Below are positions 1 to 10,368 of a DNA stretch of 64,000 bases, piece after piece. The stretch's first letter is position 1. The number at the start of each line of letters is the position of its first letter. Position numbers and translations under genes: made by a program. This DNA comes from Chlamydiales bacterium (GTDB lineage: Bacteria > Chlamydiota > Chlamydiia > Chlamydiales > JAAZZY01), in contig CBDBKM010000010.1 of the NCBI GenBank assembly GCA_965206695.1, forward strand, positions 480,001 through 544,000. Reading direction: 5' to 3'. The notes beneath the pieces were generated by a model. It did not search any database. It was not told the origin of the DNA and saw only the letters and a list, made by a program, of their open reading frames with translations.

Positions 1-881
1 AACATGTCCTGTTTTCCTCCGGTAATCATTTGAGATAGTCTTGTTCCAATTGCGATGACCAAATCCGAATATTGAGCAGCAAAGTTTCCGGATCTTGGTC
101 CACAGACACCCACACCACCCATGTTTAGTTCATCACTATAGGTTAATAAATCGGTAGCACCCCATGTAAGTAAGACGGGGAGTTGAAAATATTTGACAAA
201 CTTGATTGCTTCTTCTTCTACTTTTGCACAGTGGACGCCTGCTCCAATAATAACAACAGGACGCTTAGCTTCATTAATCAACGATTCAAGTTGTTGTATT
301 TTATCTGCATATGGCAATGGCTGTTGGGTTGGGGGAGAAAAAGATTGCAATTCTTCAGGATTGATTTCTAATCTTTGGAGATCATCAGGAATATCTAAAA
401 TGACCGGTCCCGGACGACCTTCTTTAGCCAAATAAATAGCTTTTTCGAGCTCATAACGAATCATCTCAGGGTCAGTAACAAGCTTGACATACTTCGTTAC
501 GCTGTGATAGACAGCAGTAATATCTGTTTCTTGAAATCCTCTTTGTCGAAGGCGAATATTAGGACGCAGTCGAAATCTTGCGACCTGACCGGTAATAGCA
601 ATCATCGGTATAGAATCAAAATAAGCATTACAAATACTTGTAAGGAGATTAGTAGCTCCGGGGCCACTAGTCGTCATAACAAGCCCCATATTACCTGTCA
701 CTCTTGAATAGGCATCTGCTGATGCTGCACCAAATTCTTCATGCTGAACACCAATATGCCGAATATCAGCATGCTTACAAGTCGAGTCAGCAAGGTGAAG
801 TATCGCACCACCGGTAACAAGAAAAGTATGTTTGATACCTTCTTTGGCAAGAAAATCAACAAGATAGTCTGAAAGTTTCAT
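1..881 (-). CDS. TPP-binding enzyme, acetolactate synthase large subunit-like (3' end runs off the window)
   Basis: Not in the ORF track. Manual translation from ATG at 881: MKLSDYLVDFLAKEGIKHTFLVTGGAILHLADS...HEEFGAASADAYSR...TTSGPGATN, the N-terminal TPP-enzyme motifs. Confidence 0.9.
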   Translation of the reverse strand, partial: MKLSDYLVDFLAKEGIKHTFLVTGGAILHLADSTCKHADIRHIGVQHEEFGAASADAYSRVTGNMGLVMTTSGPGATNLLTSICNAYFDSIPMIAITGQVARFRLRPNIRLRQRGFQETDITAVYHSVTKYVKLVTDPEMIRYELEKAIYLAKEGRPGPVILDIPDDLQRLEINPEELQSFSPPTQQPLPYADKIQQLESLINEAKRPVVIIGAGVHCAKVEEEAIKFVKYFQLPVLLTWGATDLLTYSDELNMGGVGVCGPRSGNFAAQYSDLVIAIGTRLSQMITGGKQDM

Positions 882-1756
882 GTCTGCTCCCAAGGCATTT
901 CCGGTTTTAAAGAAATAAACAATGATCCGTCACGGTAACTTGTTGGCACATCGTCTAATGAAGAGATTTTTTTCCAGCCCTTTTTTTGTGCAAAGGCATT
1001 GACATCGATTACTTTCAAATGATCAAAAATGGCTTCAGCATTCTCATCTGAGCCGACTTCTATCATAGCATCTAATGTTAACCAATCATCATGATTGGTC
1101 GCTTGAATAATTTCTTTTTCATGTCCTTCAACGTCCATTTTAATTAAATCAACAGAAGAATTCTTTAGGATTTCTTTGATATCTTCTACCTTTACGACAA
1201 ATTCTTCTAATTTGCCATAGGGAGTTTTACCGCCTTGAATATGACTAGAAGTAGTATTGCCTAATACTCTTACAAATTGAGTTGTTCCTTTTTTAGTAGA
1301 AACAGCAGCCTGTATCGGTTCAACATTAGAACAATGGTTGAGTTGTAAATTCTCTTTCAATTTTTCGAAATGCACATCATCGGGCTCAAACGTTTTAACA
1401 GAATAGCCGCACTTGCTCATTATTATGGAATGCAGTCCGATATTACCGCCAATATCCAATACATTTTTGTATCGATTCCTATTTGCCCAATAAAAGCTAA
1501 ATATGATCAATTCATCCATTCCGAATAGGTCTAAAGAATTAATATTACCCATTTTAAAAAAGGGGAAAGCAATTTCTCCAAAAGGTCCAAAGGCTTTAGA
1601 TTTTTTAGATTCATCGGAAAATAATTTAGCGACCTCTTCTTTTGCTATCTTCTTTAATACTTTATAAGTATCATTAGAAGTAGGGTGAAAGCCTTTTATA
1701 CTTGGCAAGCCAAGCAGTAGTGCTTCTAAAGTGTTCTCAGAATTTAAATCTATCAT
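878..1756 (-). CDS. FkbM-family SAM-dependent methyltransferase
   Basis: VLDIGGNIGLHS, FEPD and LIKMDVEGHE motifs. Confidence 0.9.
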   Translation of the reverse strand: MIDLNSENTLEALLLGLPSIKGFHPTSNDTYKVLKKIAKEEVAKLFSDESKKSKAFGPFGEIAFPFFKMGNINSLDLFGMDELIIFSFYWANRNRYKNVLDIGGNIGLHSIIMSKCGYSVKTFEPDDVHFEKLKENLQLNHCSNVEPIQAAVSTKKGTTQFVRVLGNTTSSHIQGGKTPYGKLEEFVVKVEDIKEILKNSSVDLIKMDVEGHEKEIIQATNHDDWLTLDAMIEVGSDENAEAIFDHLKVIDVNAFAQKKGWKKISSLDDVPTSYRDGSLFISLKPEMPWEQT

Positions 1757-1766
1757 ATCTTTCTTC

Positions 1767-2762
1767 TTATGCTCTCATTGTATATTCATAAGGTATCGAT
1801 TTAAGTTGATCGATATACATTTTTGCCCAATCAACCATATCGATTATTCCTTCTTCTAACGGGATCTCTTGCTGCCATCCTAAATCATTTTTAATAGCAC
1901 TTGAGTTTAGCCAATACCTGGAATCTTGACCCATTCTCTCACCTGTGATAGTACAAAGGCCTTCAAAAGGCATGTTCATCACTTTTGCAACAAGCTCGAG
2001 AAGGTCGCGAATAGAAATAGGTTTATCCGGACCTACATTATAGACTTTTCCAAAAGCCGCTTTTTCACTGACTAAGTGTATTGCTTTTGCTAAGTCTCCT
2101 GCATGGATATAAGATTTTTCTGCTTTTCCTCCTCCATGTAAAGGAATTTTTTCTCCCTTTAAAGCGCATAGGATGGCTCTGGGAATCACTCGGTGGAGCA
2201 ACTGACCCGGGCAATAAGCATTAGAAGGGCGAATAATATTCATAGGAAAACCTAAGACCTTATGAATAGCAATTAAATGCAGATCAAAAGCAGCTTTAGA
2301 AGCTGAATAGGGACTCGACGGTAAAATAGGGGACTGTTCATTAGCAGCCTCTGTTACCGATCCGTATAACTCAGAGGTGCCTATTTGTATAAAACGTTTA
2401 AAGTACTCTCTTTTCTGTAATTCTTCGGTTAACCTTGCAAGAGCCATAGAGTTAGTTTCAAAAAAACGCCAAGAATTTTTCCAGGAGATAGCACCTTCTC
2501 CTTGAGCGGCATAATTTACTATTGTCTCAACTTCATTTCGATCTAACACATCTAAAATGAAATCAAGCTCATGCGTTACATGATAGGCATGATAAGAATA
2601 TTTGTTATCACCCTTTCCAATATTTAAAGTAAACGGTTCTGTTTTGGGAACATTACGTCCAATAGCGATTACTTGTTCCGTATCCGGTTGCTCTAGAAGA
2701 TATTTACAAGTGTGTTGTCCAAATGAACCTCCACCACCTATAACAGCGTATTTCTTTCCCAT
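1767..2762 (-). CDS. NAD-dependent NDP-sugar dehydratase/epimerase (extended SDR)
   Basis: GGGGSFG Rossmann loop, GTSELYG, PSSPYSASK (YxxxK), RPSNAYCPGQ. Confidence 0.85.
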   Translation of the reverse strand: MGKKYAVIGGGGSFGQHTCKYLLEQPDTEQVIAIGRNVPKTEPFTLNIGKGDNKYSYHAYHVTHELDFILDVLDRNEVETIVNYAAQGEGAISWKNSWRFFETNSMALARLTEELQKREYFKRFIQIGTSELYGSVTEAANEQSPILPSSPYSASKAAFDLHLIAIHKVLGFPMNIIRPSNAYCPGQLLHRVIPRAILCALKGEKIPLHGGGKAEKSYIHAGDLAKAIHLVSEKAAFGKVYNVGPDKPISIRDLLELVAKVMNMPFEGLCTITGERMGQDSRYWLNSSAIKNDLGWQQEIPLEEGIIDMVDWAKMYIDQLKSIPYEYTMRA

Positions 2763-2763
2763 G

Positions 2764-3684
2764 CTATTTTCCTTTATTTATTATTTCGTTTGTTAAACAG
2801 GCTTGTAGTCGCAACTCTTCAATATGAACTTCTTCTAATCCTTTTTCTAAGGGCGTAAAAGTAAAGCCCGGAAAGACTTGGTAAACTAAAGTGGAATCAA
2901 AATGCCGATGGGTAATAGGATTTTGCCTAAGAGAGGATTCAACTGTAATCTCGCTATCAAATAGGTTTGCAATCTTATGCGCTAAGTCGTAATAAGATAT
3001 CGAATTTCCTGTAGATAAGTTTATAATACCGGAACTTTTATGAAGAAGAACTTGATAAATTAAATTAACCAGATCTTTGATATAGATATGGTCTCTATTT
3101 TCTTCGCCATTTCCAAAAAGGGGTATGCGTCCATCTTTATGAGCTTGGCGTCGCATTCTATTTGGTCCATAAGAATTATGAGTATCTTCGACACCATAAA
3201 CAAGGGTCGATCTTAAAATAGCTAAAGGACACGTAGCTGCATCTTTCAAGAGGTATTCTCTGGCAAGATGCATGATGCCAAAGGTGTTTGCAGGATCTTG
3301 AGGGCTAGTTTCAGAAATAATTCCTCTATCTAAAGAGTATACGGTATCCGAACTTAAATAAATAACCTGTGCAGGAGTCACCTTTTGCAATACTTTACTT
3401 ACTGTTTCAGCTAATCTTATGTTGTGCATAAAAGCATTAATGTCTTTACTTCTGTCAGGTGTCACGGTCGATAGGAAGACAAGAGCATCTGTTGTTTTAA
3501 GAATATCACTAAGTTGATCGACTGCTTTTTCATCGATTAAATCAATATCTTCTCTTTTTAGAGGAAGGCAGTTAACGTTATGCTCTTCTAAGGTTTTAAT
3601 TAAGTTTTTACCGATAAAACCATTTGCTCCTAATACGACGACACGTTCAGGTACAAGCGATTTTTGATTATGCTGTAAATTCAT
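2764..3684 (-). CDS. NAD-dependent epimerase/dehydratase-like SDR with altered catalytic motif
   Basis: GANGFIG Rossmann motif and SSDTVY; the YxxxK position reads FGIMH. Confidence 0.8.
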   Translation of the reverse strand: MNLQHNQKSLVPERVVVLGANGFIGKNLIKTLEEHNVNCLPLKREDIDLIDEKAVDQLSDILKTTDALVFLSTVTPDRSKDINAFMHNIRLAETVSKVLQKVTPAQVIYLSSDTVYSLDRGIISETSPQDPANTFGIMHLAREYLLKDAATCPLAILRSTLVYGVEDTHNSYGPNRMRRQAHKDGRIPLFGNGEENRDHIYIKDLVNLIYQVLLHKSSGIINLSTGNSISYYDLAHKIANLFDSEITVESSLRQNPITHRHFDSTLVYQVFPGFTFTPLEKGLEEVHIEELRLQACLTNEIINKGK

Positions 3685-3699
3685 ATAAAAATTCCCGGC

Positions 3700-4971
3700 T
3701 TATATTCCTAATCGAAAATAATTTAATCCTTGCGACATACACGCTTCTTTATCTAATACTCCATATGGGTCAAGAATCGTCTTTCCTCTAAGTGAGGCAA
3801 GGATGTTTTTTGGTGACAATGCTTTAAACTCATCCCAAGGAGTCATGATGAGCAAAGCATCAACGTCATTAATGGCTTCTTGGGCAGTATTAACGAAAGT
3901 GACTTGTTGTAAATGAGGGGGTAGTTGTTTCACTACCGGATCAAAGACCTTTTTGGGAAAGCGGTTAAGAGCATTAAGCAAGTTAACAGAAGGTGAATTT
4001 TTAATCGATGCCGTATCCTTCTTATAAGCTAAGCCTAAAATCCCAAATGTTGGTGTTTTTATAAGAGGCAGAATCTGATGATAAATTTCCTTTAATACTC
4101 GGTTTTTTCTAATCGTGTTATTTTGCTTCCAGGAATCGACCATCGAAGCATCTGTTCCGTATTTCTGAGATAAATGATAGAAGGTATTCATGTCCCTTTC
4201 CAGATTGCCTCCGGCAAAACCTAATCCCGGCATTAAATAGGCATGTTTTCCAATACGTTTATCAAGCCTTAAGGTTTTTATAATATCATACCAATTAGCG
4301 CCTATCTTTTCGCATAAACCGGCGATCATATTGGTTGTCGTTAAGGAGGAGATCAAAAACAGATTAATAGCAATTTTTGACAACTCCGCACTTTCATAAT
4401 TCATGGTTACAATTGGACAGCCGTATGCTGACAGGAAATCTTCCAATACAGAAGGGAGTGGTTGGTGTGTATCTTTTACACCAACGGTATATCTTTCCGG
4501 ATAAAGGGACCGTTCAACCGCTTGACCAAAAATTAAGGTTTCAACTTGATAAAATAATTTTGCTTTATCCCAGTTTAACTGACTCGTAAAACCGGGAGGA
4601 ACTTGGCTTAAAATGACTAAGATATTTTCATTACCGGAACATGTTTGTAAGATGCGATTAACATAAGTATTAAGCTCACTCAAATCACTGTTCCCACTAT
4701 CATCGGTCTTTACATCCGGCGATATATAGATGAGAGGGGATTCTGCCACTTCATGAATATTAGCGGTAAAATATAATCGTTCGCTGTTTTTTTCAAAAAG
4801 GTCTGATAAGAGAGGTTCATTCACCGGAAGTTTGTGATGACGTAATGATTGGATTAAAGACTCATCAAAATCAAAACACGTGATGTTGTATCCTTTACTC
4901 GCAGCGCCAATAGCAGAAACTAATCCTAAATGCGTCATACCTACGAAAGCCACAGATCGCGTTTGCATCAT
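3700..4971 (-). CDS. UDP-glucose/GDP-mannose dehydrogenase-family protein lacking the catalytic Cys
   Basis: GMTHLG, SAELSKIAIN, LRLDKRIG, GLAYKKDT; GFAGGNLERD where the family has GxGGxCxxKD. Confidence 0.85.
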   Translation of the reverse strand: MMQTRSVAFVGMTHLGLVSAIGAASKGYNITCFDFDESLIQSLRHHKLPVNEPLLSDLFEKNSERLYFTANIHEVAESPLIYISPDVKTDDSGNSDLSELNTYVNRILQTCSGNENILVILSQVPPGFTSQLNWDKAKLFYQVETLIFGQAVERSLYPERYTVGVKDTHQPLPSVLEDFLSAYGCPIVTMNYESAELSKIAINLFLISSLTTTNMIAGLCEKIGANWYDIIKTLRLDKRIGKHAYLMPGLGFAGGNLERDMNTFYHLSQKYGTDASMVDSWKQNNTIRKNRVLKEIYHQILPLIKTPTFGILGLAYKKDTASIKNSPSVNLLNALNRFPKKVFDPVVKQLPPHLQQVTFVNTAQEAINDVDALLIMTPWDEFKALSPKNILASLRGKTILDPYGVLDKEACMSQGLNYFRLGI

Positions 4972-5058
4972 ACTCTCACGCTTACTTTTAATATTAATTA
5001 AAAAAGCATGTTATCATTTGAAAATGCAAATAGCAATCATTAATCAGATTTTCTCGAG

Positions 5059-6027
5059 CTAAATTTTAACGCTTATAAGAGGATTTGCAAGGGCTATTTT
5101 TGATCCTTCTAACCCTAAGAGAGTACCTGAGGCCATCTTTTGCAAAACCTTATTTATTTGAATGTCATTCAATAGATTCGTCTGTGGATTTAAACAGAGT
5201 TTTTTAAAATAAGCATATTCATCTTCCCAAGTCGGATCAGGCTTGGCAAGTGTTATGGTCTCTTCATCAGGCCTGCCACTGGGAAATTGTCTTATACGTA
5301 CTATAAATTGACTCGGACCCCATTTGCATAAGGATTCAATATGAGCAGAAGCATTTTCTCCGATTATATGACAATAAAAACCATTTTTCCAACTTAACAA
5401 ACTCATCTCAAGATCTATTGGAAAAGGGTGTTCCGAACTAATGACGGCATAGTCAGGGCTCTTATTTTCAAAATGATGTTGCCTTGTAATACGAAAATCA
5501 TCAATCACACTATCAAACCAAAAATGCACGGTATCAAGAAGGTGAGAGCCCAGGTCTTTTAATACTCCCAATCCTTGATCTCGCCAGGGAGACTGTTTTA
5601 CATCCATTGCAGTGCCGTTTCCATATGAAAGAGAAGCTCGATAAATAGTCCCCAGTTTTTTTGAGTCTAACAACGTTTTCATGCGCATAAAATGCGGTTC
5701 GAATCGATGATTATATGCGGTATAACAAACGACATTCCGTTCTTTTGAAATAGCGTATAACTCTTCTAAGACCTCAGTTGATTCAGAGATTAAAGGCTTT
5801 TCAACTAAGACATGTTTTTTATTTTCTAAAAGATATTTTAAAATGGACAATTTGGATGCGTCAGCAGTACAGACAAGAGCGGCATCATATAGATTTAAGG
5901 GGATATCGTGAACATCTTTGTAATCTGCAATAGGTTTCATATTATCAACCGTTGCAACAACCTCTTTTCCGGCAATTCGGGTTCTTTTATTGCCTTGGAC
6001 TCCTAAGCCGACAACGATTACTCTCAT
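5059..6027 (-). CDS. Gfo/Idh/MocA-family oxidoreductase
   Basis: VVGLGVQG, KHVLVEKP, YNHRFEP, GVLKDLGSHLLD. Confidence 0.9.
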   Translation of the reverse strand: MRVIVVGLGVQGNKRTRIAGKEVVATVDNMKPIADYKDVHDIPLNLYDAALVCTADASKLSILKYLLENKKHVLVEKPLISESTEVLEELYAISKERNVVCYTAYNHRFEPHFMRMKTLLDSKKLGTIYRASLSYGNGTAMDVKQSPWRDQGLGVLKDLGSHLLDTVHFWFDSVIDDFRITRQHHFENKSPDYAVISSEHPFPIDLEMSLLSWKNGFYCHIIGENASAHIESLCKWGPSQFIVRIRQFPSGRPDEETITLAKPDPTWEDEYAYFKKLCLNPQTNLLNDIQINKVLQKMASGTLLGLEGSKIALANPLISVKI

Positions 6028-6042
6028 TTGTCAAAACCTTGT

Positions 6043-7605
6043 CTAGTTGCGATATTGAATAGCTTTTTCAATTGTATTTAAGCGATCATGAATTTCTTGT
6101 GGAAATACAGATACGTTTCCATTTTTTTCACATTCTATCGCGGCTGCCAGAGAGCCTAAAATAGCAGCTATTACTTCATTTTTGGTTTTAACCATGGCTA
6201 ATGTTGCATAAGCAAGTAAAGCATCTCCTGCTCCGATAGGATCAATAGCTCGTTGGGTAAAGACATCTAAAAAAAAGCTTGCTGAGTTGATATCCGGGGC
6301 ATCACGAAAAACAATCAATCCACGACTTCCTAACTTTAAAAACAACGCTTTTGTACGTGATTGTTTAAAAAGATCCTGACCTAAAAAACGTATGACGGAA
6401 TCTTGATCACCCAGAGAAAATCTTGCTTCTTTTTCATTAGGTGTAATTAAGTCAAAATTTTTAAAATCTAAGATATTTCCCCACCTACTTGCTACTTGGC
6501 TATCAGCAATACGATAGGTATCCTTGGGAATGGCAGAAATCAATCTTTGAATCGATTTAGCATGAAAAATGCCATGCCTAAAATCACTGAACACAACTCC
6601 ATCGACTTTTGCCTCTGAAATTTGACCTTCCAGTCGCTTCAATAACTTGTCAGACAAAGGATTATTGTCAACTGTATCAATTTTCAATACTCTATAATCA
6701 CCTACAACAAAGGCATTTTTATTCGTTGTATTACGTAAATTATCAATGATTGGCAGACACGTAATATCATGTTTTCTCAAGTCTTTCATAACATAATCTT
6801 TAAATGCATCATTGCCTAAAATAGTAGAAAACGTAACATCAGCACCCGCTGCTTTCAAATGCTTGGCTACAATAGCTGCGCCACCGGTATAATCTTCTTT
6901 TTTCTCATATCGCAGACTCATCGTAGGTGTTTTTACCATCCCTCCAATTATGCTACAGTGAGAGTAACTATCTACTATTGTATCTCCAACGACATGAATT
7001 TTAATATTGGTTAAGCTAGCTGCGACATCCCTTAAATCATTAAAGGTGATCTTCTCCGTATTCATTAATGTCATTAGCTTTTCTTCGGATATCTTAGGCG
7101 GTGACATTTCGATAAAACGAGAAGATGAGTACACAATGTCTCCCGGAGTAAATAACATTTCTCCGCCATATTCATCTAAAATATCTATTTCAACTTGTGT
7201 TTTTTTATGTGTGCCATTTTCAATATATTCATAACCTTTAGCGAAATAATTAGGCTTAATTATCCCCAGATTCTTATGAGGTGTTGCTTCATCGTCAATA
7301 ATAACATAATCAACCATCTCAAAAGCAGCTAAATTGATCGCTCTTAATTTTTCGGGAACATGCGGTCTGATTTCACCTTTAATGATATGACGATCAGCTG
7401 TGATACTAACCACTAAAAGATCGCCTTTACTTTTAGCATATATAAGATGCCTTAGATGTCCGGGATGAACAATGTCAAATACTCCATGACACATGATGAC
7501 TTTCTTCTTACGTGGCCAAGGATGCAAAACATCTATTAATTCATCAACCGTCTTAATTTTACTTTTATATTGAAATGCTTCATCCAAATTCATGATTAAA
7601 CCCAA
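6043..7605 (-). CDS. Bifunctional nucleotidyltransferase (N-terminal) / PfkB sugar kinase (C-terminal); HldE-like with reversed domain order
   Basis: GVFDIVHPGHL (HxGH motif) at the N-terminus; VVGDTIVD, ITPNEKEA and DPIGAGDA (PfkB) at the C-terminus. Confidence 0.88.
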   Translation of the reverse strand: MGLIMNLDEAFQYKSKIKTVDELIDVLHPWPRKKKVIMCHGVFDIVHPGHLRHLIYAKSKGDLLVVSITADRHIIKGEIRPHVPEKLRAINLAAFEMVDYVIIDDEATPHKNLGIIKPNYFAKGYEYIENGTHKKTQVEIDILDEYGGEMLFTPGDIVYSSSRFIEMSPPKISEEKLMTLMNTEKITFNDLRDVAASLTNIKIHVVGDTIVDSYSHCSIIGGMVKTPTMSLRYEKKEDYTGGAAIVAKHLKAAGADVTFSTILGNDAFKDYVMKDLRKHDITCLPIIDNLRNTTNKNAFVVGDYRVLKIDTVDNNPLSDKLLKRLEGQISEAKVDGVVFSDFRHGIFHAKSIQRLISAIPKDTYRIADSQVASRWGNILDFKNFDLITPNEKEARFSLGDQDSVIRFLGQDLFKQSRTKALFLKLGSRGLIVFRDAPDINSASFFLDVFTQRAIDPIGAGDALLAYATLAMVKTKNEVIAAILGSLAAAIECEKNGNVSVFPQEIHDRLNTIEKAIQYRN

Positions 7606-8601
7606 TTATTTTGATAAATATTCAAACCATGTTTTTGTCGATTGTTGAATAGAGGTCGGATTCCAAAGGGGAGCAGTTCTCCAATATTCAATATCTTTGA
7701 CGATATAGCTCACACCTAACTCGAAACTGACTTTTGGTTGCCAAGCTAAGTCGTTAGTAATTTTAGTAATGTCTGCCCAAGTACAGTCAGGTTCTCCCGG
7801 ACGTTTTGGTATATACTCAATATCACCGCCCAATAATTGAACCAGATATGATATAGCTTGAGGATTACCGGCTCCCACATTATAAATTTCTCCTGACTTT
7901 TTAGTCATAGCCGCTCGATAGAAGGCTTCTGTAACGTCAGTGGCATAAACAAAGTCTCGTTTTTGAGAGCCGTCACCAACAACTGTTAACTGCTTGTTCT
8001 CTAGCTTCTGTTTTAAGAACACTCCCATTACAGCACCATAAGCACCTGAAGTTCGAGATCGTGTCCCATAGGCATTAAAAATTCGAATGGAGTTGAAAGG
8101 GAGATTATATACATGATGCCAATGAAAACATGCCTGCTCACCCATAAATTTACTACATGCGTAAGGGTATTGTAAATTAATGGGGGCGTGTTCATTTGTA
8201 GGTGTTGATGCAATACCATAACATGAAGAAGAAGCGGCATAAATGAGCTTTTTCACTGCATTCATCCTAGCAGCTTCTAATACCTTAACTGTTCCTTGAA
8301 GATTAACACTCATGTACTCTGCAGGTCGTTCAATGGAAGGCACAATATCTCCAATTCCGGCAAAGTGAAATACATATGAAACATCTTTGAATAGTTTATC
8401 CGTTGGGGTAATACTCAATATATCTCTTTCATCAATACTTAGATCTTGATTTGCTTCATGATGCTTTAAATTAGAGGAGTTTCCTGAGCAGTAATTATCA
8501 ATTACTTTCACCGAAAAACCCTTATCCAGCAATAGGTCAACCATATGGCTGCCGATGAAACCGGCGCCTCCGGTGACAATAGCCGTTTCTTTTTTTTTCA
8601 T
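7606..8601 (-). CDS. NAD-dependent NDP-sugar epimerase
   Basis: TGGAGFIGSH, ASSSCYG, YACSK, RIFNAYG. Confidence 0.9.
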   Translation of the reverse strand: MKKKETAIVTGGAGFIGSHMVDLLLDKGFSVKVIDNYCSGNSSNLKHHEANQDLSIDERDILSITPTDKLFKDVSYVFHFAGIGDIVPSIERPAEYMSVNLQGTVKVLEAARMNAVKKLIYAASSSCYGIASTPTNEHAPINLQYPYACSKFMGEQACFHWHHVYNLPFNSIRIFNAYGTRSRTSGAYGAVMGVFLKQKLENKQLTVVGDGSQKRDFVYATDVTEAFYRAAMTKKSGEIYNVGAGNPQAISYLVQLLGGDIEYIPKRPGEPDCTWADITKITNDLAWQPKVSFELGVSYIVKDIEYWRTAPLWNPTSIQQSTKTWFEYLSK

Positions 8602-9599
8602 TAGCTAATTCCTAATAAATTTAAAGCTTTCACATTGTAATATTTTTCATCTTCAAATGTATTTTGAAAACATTGAGATTTAAAGGCTTTACATAAGTCT
8701 CTGATCGCATCTTCAATGGATTTTTTAGGCTGAAATCCAATCGTATTTTTTATTTTTTCCGAACAAATATGATACGAGCGATTATCATCAGTTGATGTAG
8801 TTTCGATACTAATATGTTTCTTTTCAGGATACTCTTCCAGTACAACTTTTCTGACCATTTCGGCAATTTCAAAAATTTTATAATTCTGATATCCAACATT
8901 AAAAGTCTCTCCCGCAATGGTTTCATTAGGCAAAGTCAACATCAATTCATATAAATCACACATATCTTGAATATGTAAATTTGGTCTCAATTGATTGCCA
9001 CCAAAAACGGTTATTTTATTATTAGTCACTGCATGGTTGGTTAAAATATTAACAGAAAGATCAAAACGCATTCTGGGGCTGTAACCACAGACGGTAGCAG
9101 GTCTGATGTTAACACAAACAAAGTCTTCCGACTGATACTTAAACAGAAGAGGTTCGCAAAAACCTTTAAACTTATTGTATAGGGTTAGAGGTAGTAACGG
9201 ATGGTCTTCCGTTACTCGAGGTGCTGTTGAGACTCCGTAAACAGAACTTGAAGACGCATTGATAAATCTTTTGACATGGTGTTTTTTAGCTAGTTTGACT
9301 AAAGATTCAAAACAATCATAGTTAATAGATTTACTCAATGACTCATTTAAATGAAAGCTGGGATCATTTGAAATACAGGCTAAATGAATCACAGCGTCTA
9401 TATCTTTTAATGCGAGTTCAAATTGCTCAGCATCTCTAATATCCGCTGTAATCACTTTTAATGAAGGATGTGGATTAAGATAGGATCCGAAAAACATTGC
9501 ATCGTATACTACGATACGATACCCTTTCTTTAACAGTTGCTCAGTTAGGAGAGTGCCTACATATCCGGCTCCTCCTGTTATTAATACATTTTTTATCAT
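8601..9599 (-). CDS. NAD-dependent NDP-sugar epimerase/dehydratase
   Basis: Likely start MIKNVLITGGAGYVG at 9599; SSSSVYG, YNKFK, RPATVCGYSPRMRFDL. Confidence 0.88.
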   Translation of the reverse strand: MIKNVLITGGAGYVGTLLTEQLLKKGYRIVVYDAMFFGSYLNPHPSLKVITADIRDAEQFELALKDIDAVIHLACISNDPSFHLNESLSKSINYDCFESLVKLAKKHHVKRFINASSSSVYGVSTAPRVTEDHPLLPLTLYNKFKGFCEPLLFKYQSEDFVCVNIRPATVCGYSPRMRFDLSVNILTNHAVTNNKITVFGGNQLRPNLHIQDMCDLYELMLTLPNETIAGETFNVGYQNYKIFEIAEMVRKVVLEEYPEKKHISIETTSTDDNRSYHICSEKIKNTIGFQPKKSIEDAIRDLCKAFKSQCFQNTFEDEKYYNVKALNLLGIS

Positions 9600-9606
9600 G
9601 ATATAC

Positions 9607-10347
9607 CTATAATATATGAGATGCGTTGCAGCTGATATCGAAGTTCGAAGCAACAGCATCGTCATAAAACATTTTAACGGTTTCTAATGAAAACTCTTCT
9701 AGATTCTTTCCTATCAAAGGGACTTTCTTTAATAAGCCATAATCCATAGTAATGATATCGCATCCTATTAAATTAGCTTGAAAAAGGTTCAATAATTCTC
9801 TTGGACTTGCCCATAATAATTTAACCCGAGGCTTTTTCCTGATCATTTTAAGAGCCTGAGCCATTGTCTTTATAGGATCTCTACCCGTATCAGCAATACG
9901 CCCGGCAAAGACAGAAATAATAGCAGATACTTCGTGATCTAATGCATCAAATACGAGCTCTATTTGCTCTAAGGTAAATACCGCCGTTACATTAATAGCA
10001 ACGCCTTTTTTTGATAAACTTTTGACGACATCAACAGTTAGTTTTTTTTGTGTGTTCATTACAGGAATCTTTATGTAAATATTTTTGCCCCATGAATTAA
10101 TTTCAAGAGCCTGCTCCTCCATTTCTTCAAGGCTATCAGCAAAAACTTCAAAAGAAATGGGTTGATTTTTTACCATACTAAGAGCTTGTGTTGCGAATGT
10201 TTGATAATTTATAACACCTGCTTTTCGCATAAGGGTTGGGTTTGTGGTAAAACCTTTAACCCATGGAACAGAGGCTAATTGCTTTATTGTATCAAGGCCG
10301 GCACAGTCTGCAAAAATTTTAGTCTTTAATTTTGAGAGCGTATCCAT
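9607..10347 (-). CDS. Short transaldolase (FSA/TalC type)
   Basis: KIFAD, GFTTNPTL, YIKIPV (Schiff-base Lys), INVTAVF, SVFAGRIAD, LLWASPRE. Confidence 0.9.
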   Translation of the reverse strand: MDTLSKLKTKIFADCAGLDTIKQLASVPWVKGFTTNPTLMRKAGVINYQTFATQALSMVKNQPISFEVFADSLEEMEEQALEINSWGKNIYIKIPVMNTQKKLTVDVVKSLSKKGVAINVTAVFTLEQIELVFDALDHEVSAIISVFAGRIADTGRDPIKTMAQALKMIRKKPRVKLLWASPRELLNLFQANLIGCDIITMDYGLLKKVPLIGKNLEEFSLETVKMFYDDAVASNFDISCNASHIL

Positions 10348-10368
10348 AAATTATTTCCTAAATTTTAA

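Noticed and set aside
183..707. Three short + strand ORFs
   Set aside because: Antisense shadows of the TPP-enzyme gene on the - strand.
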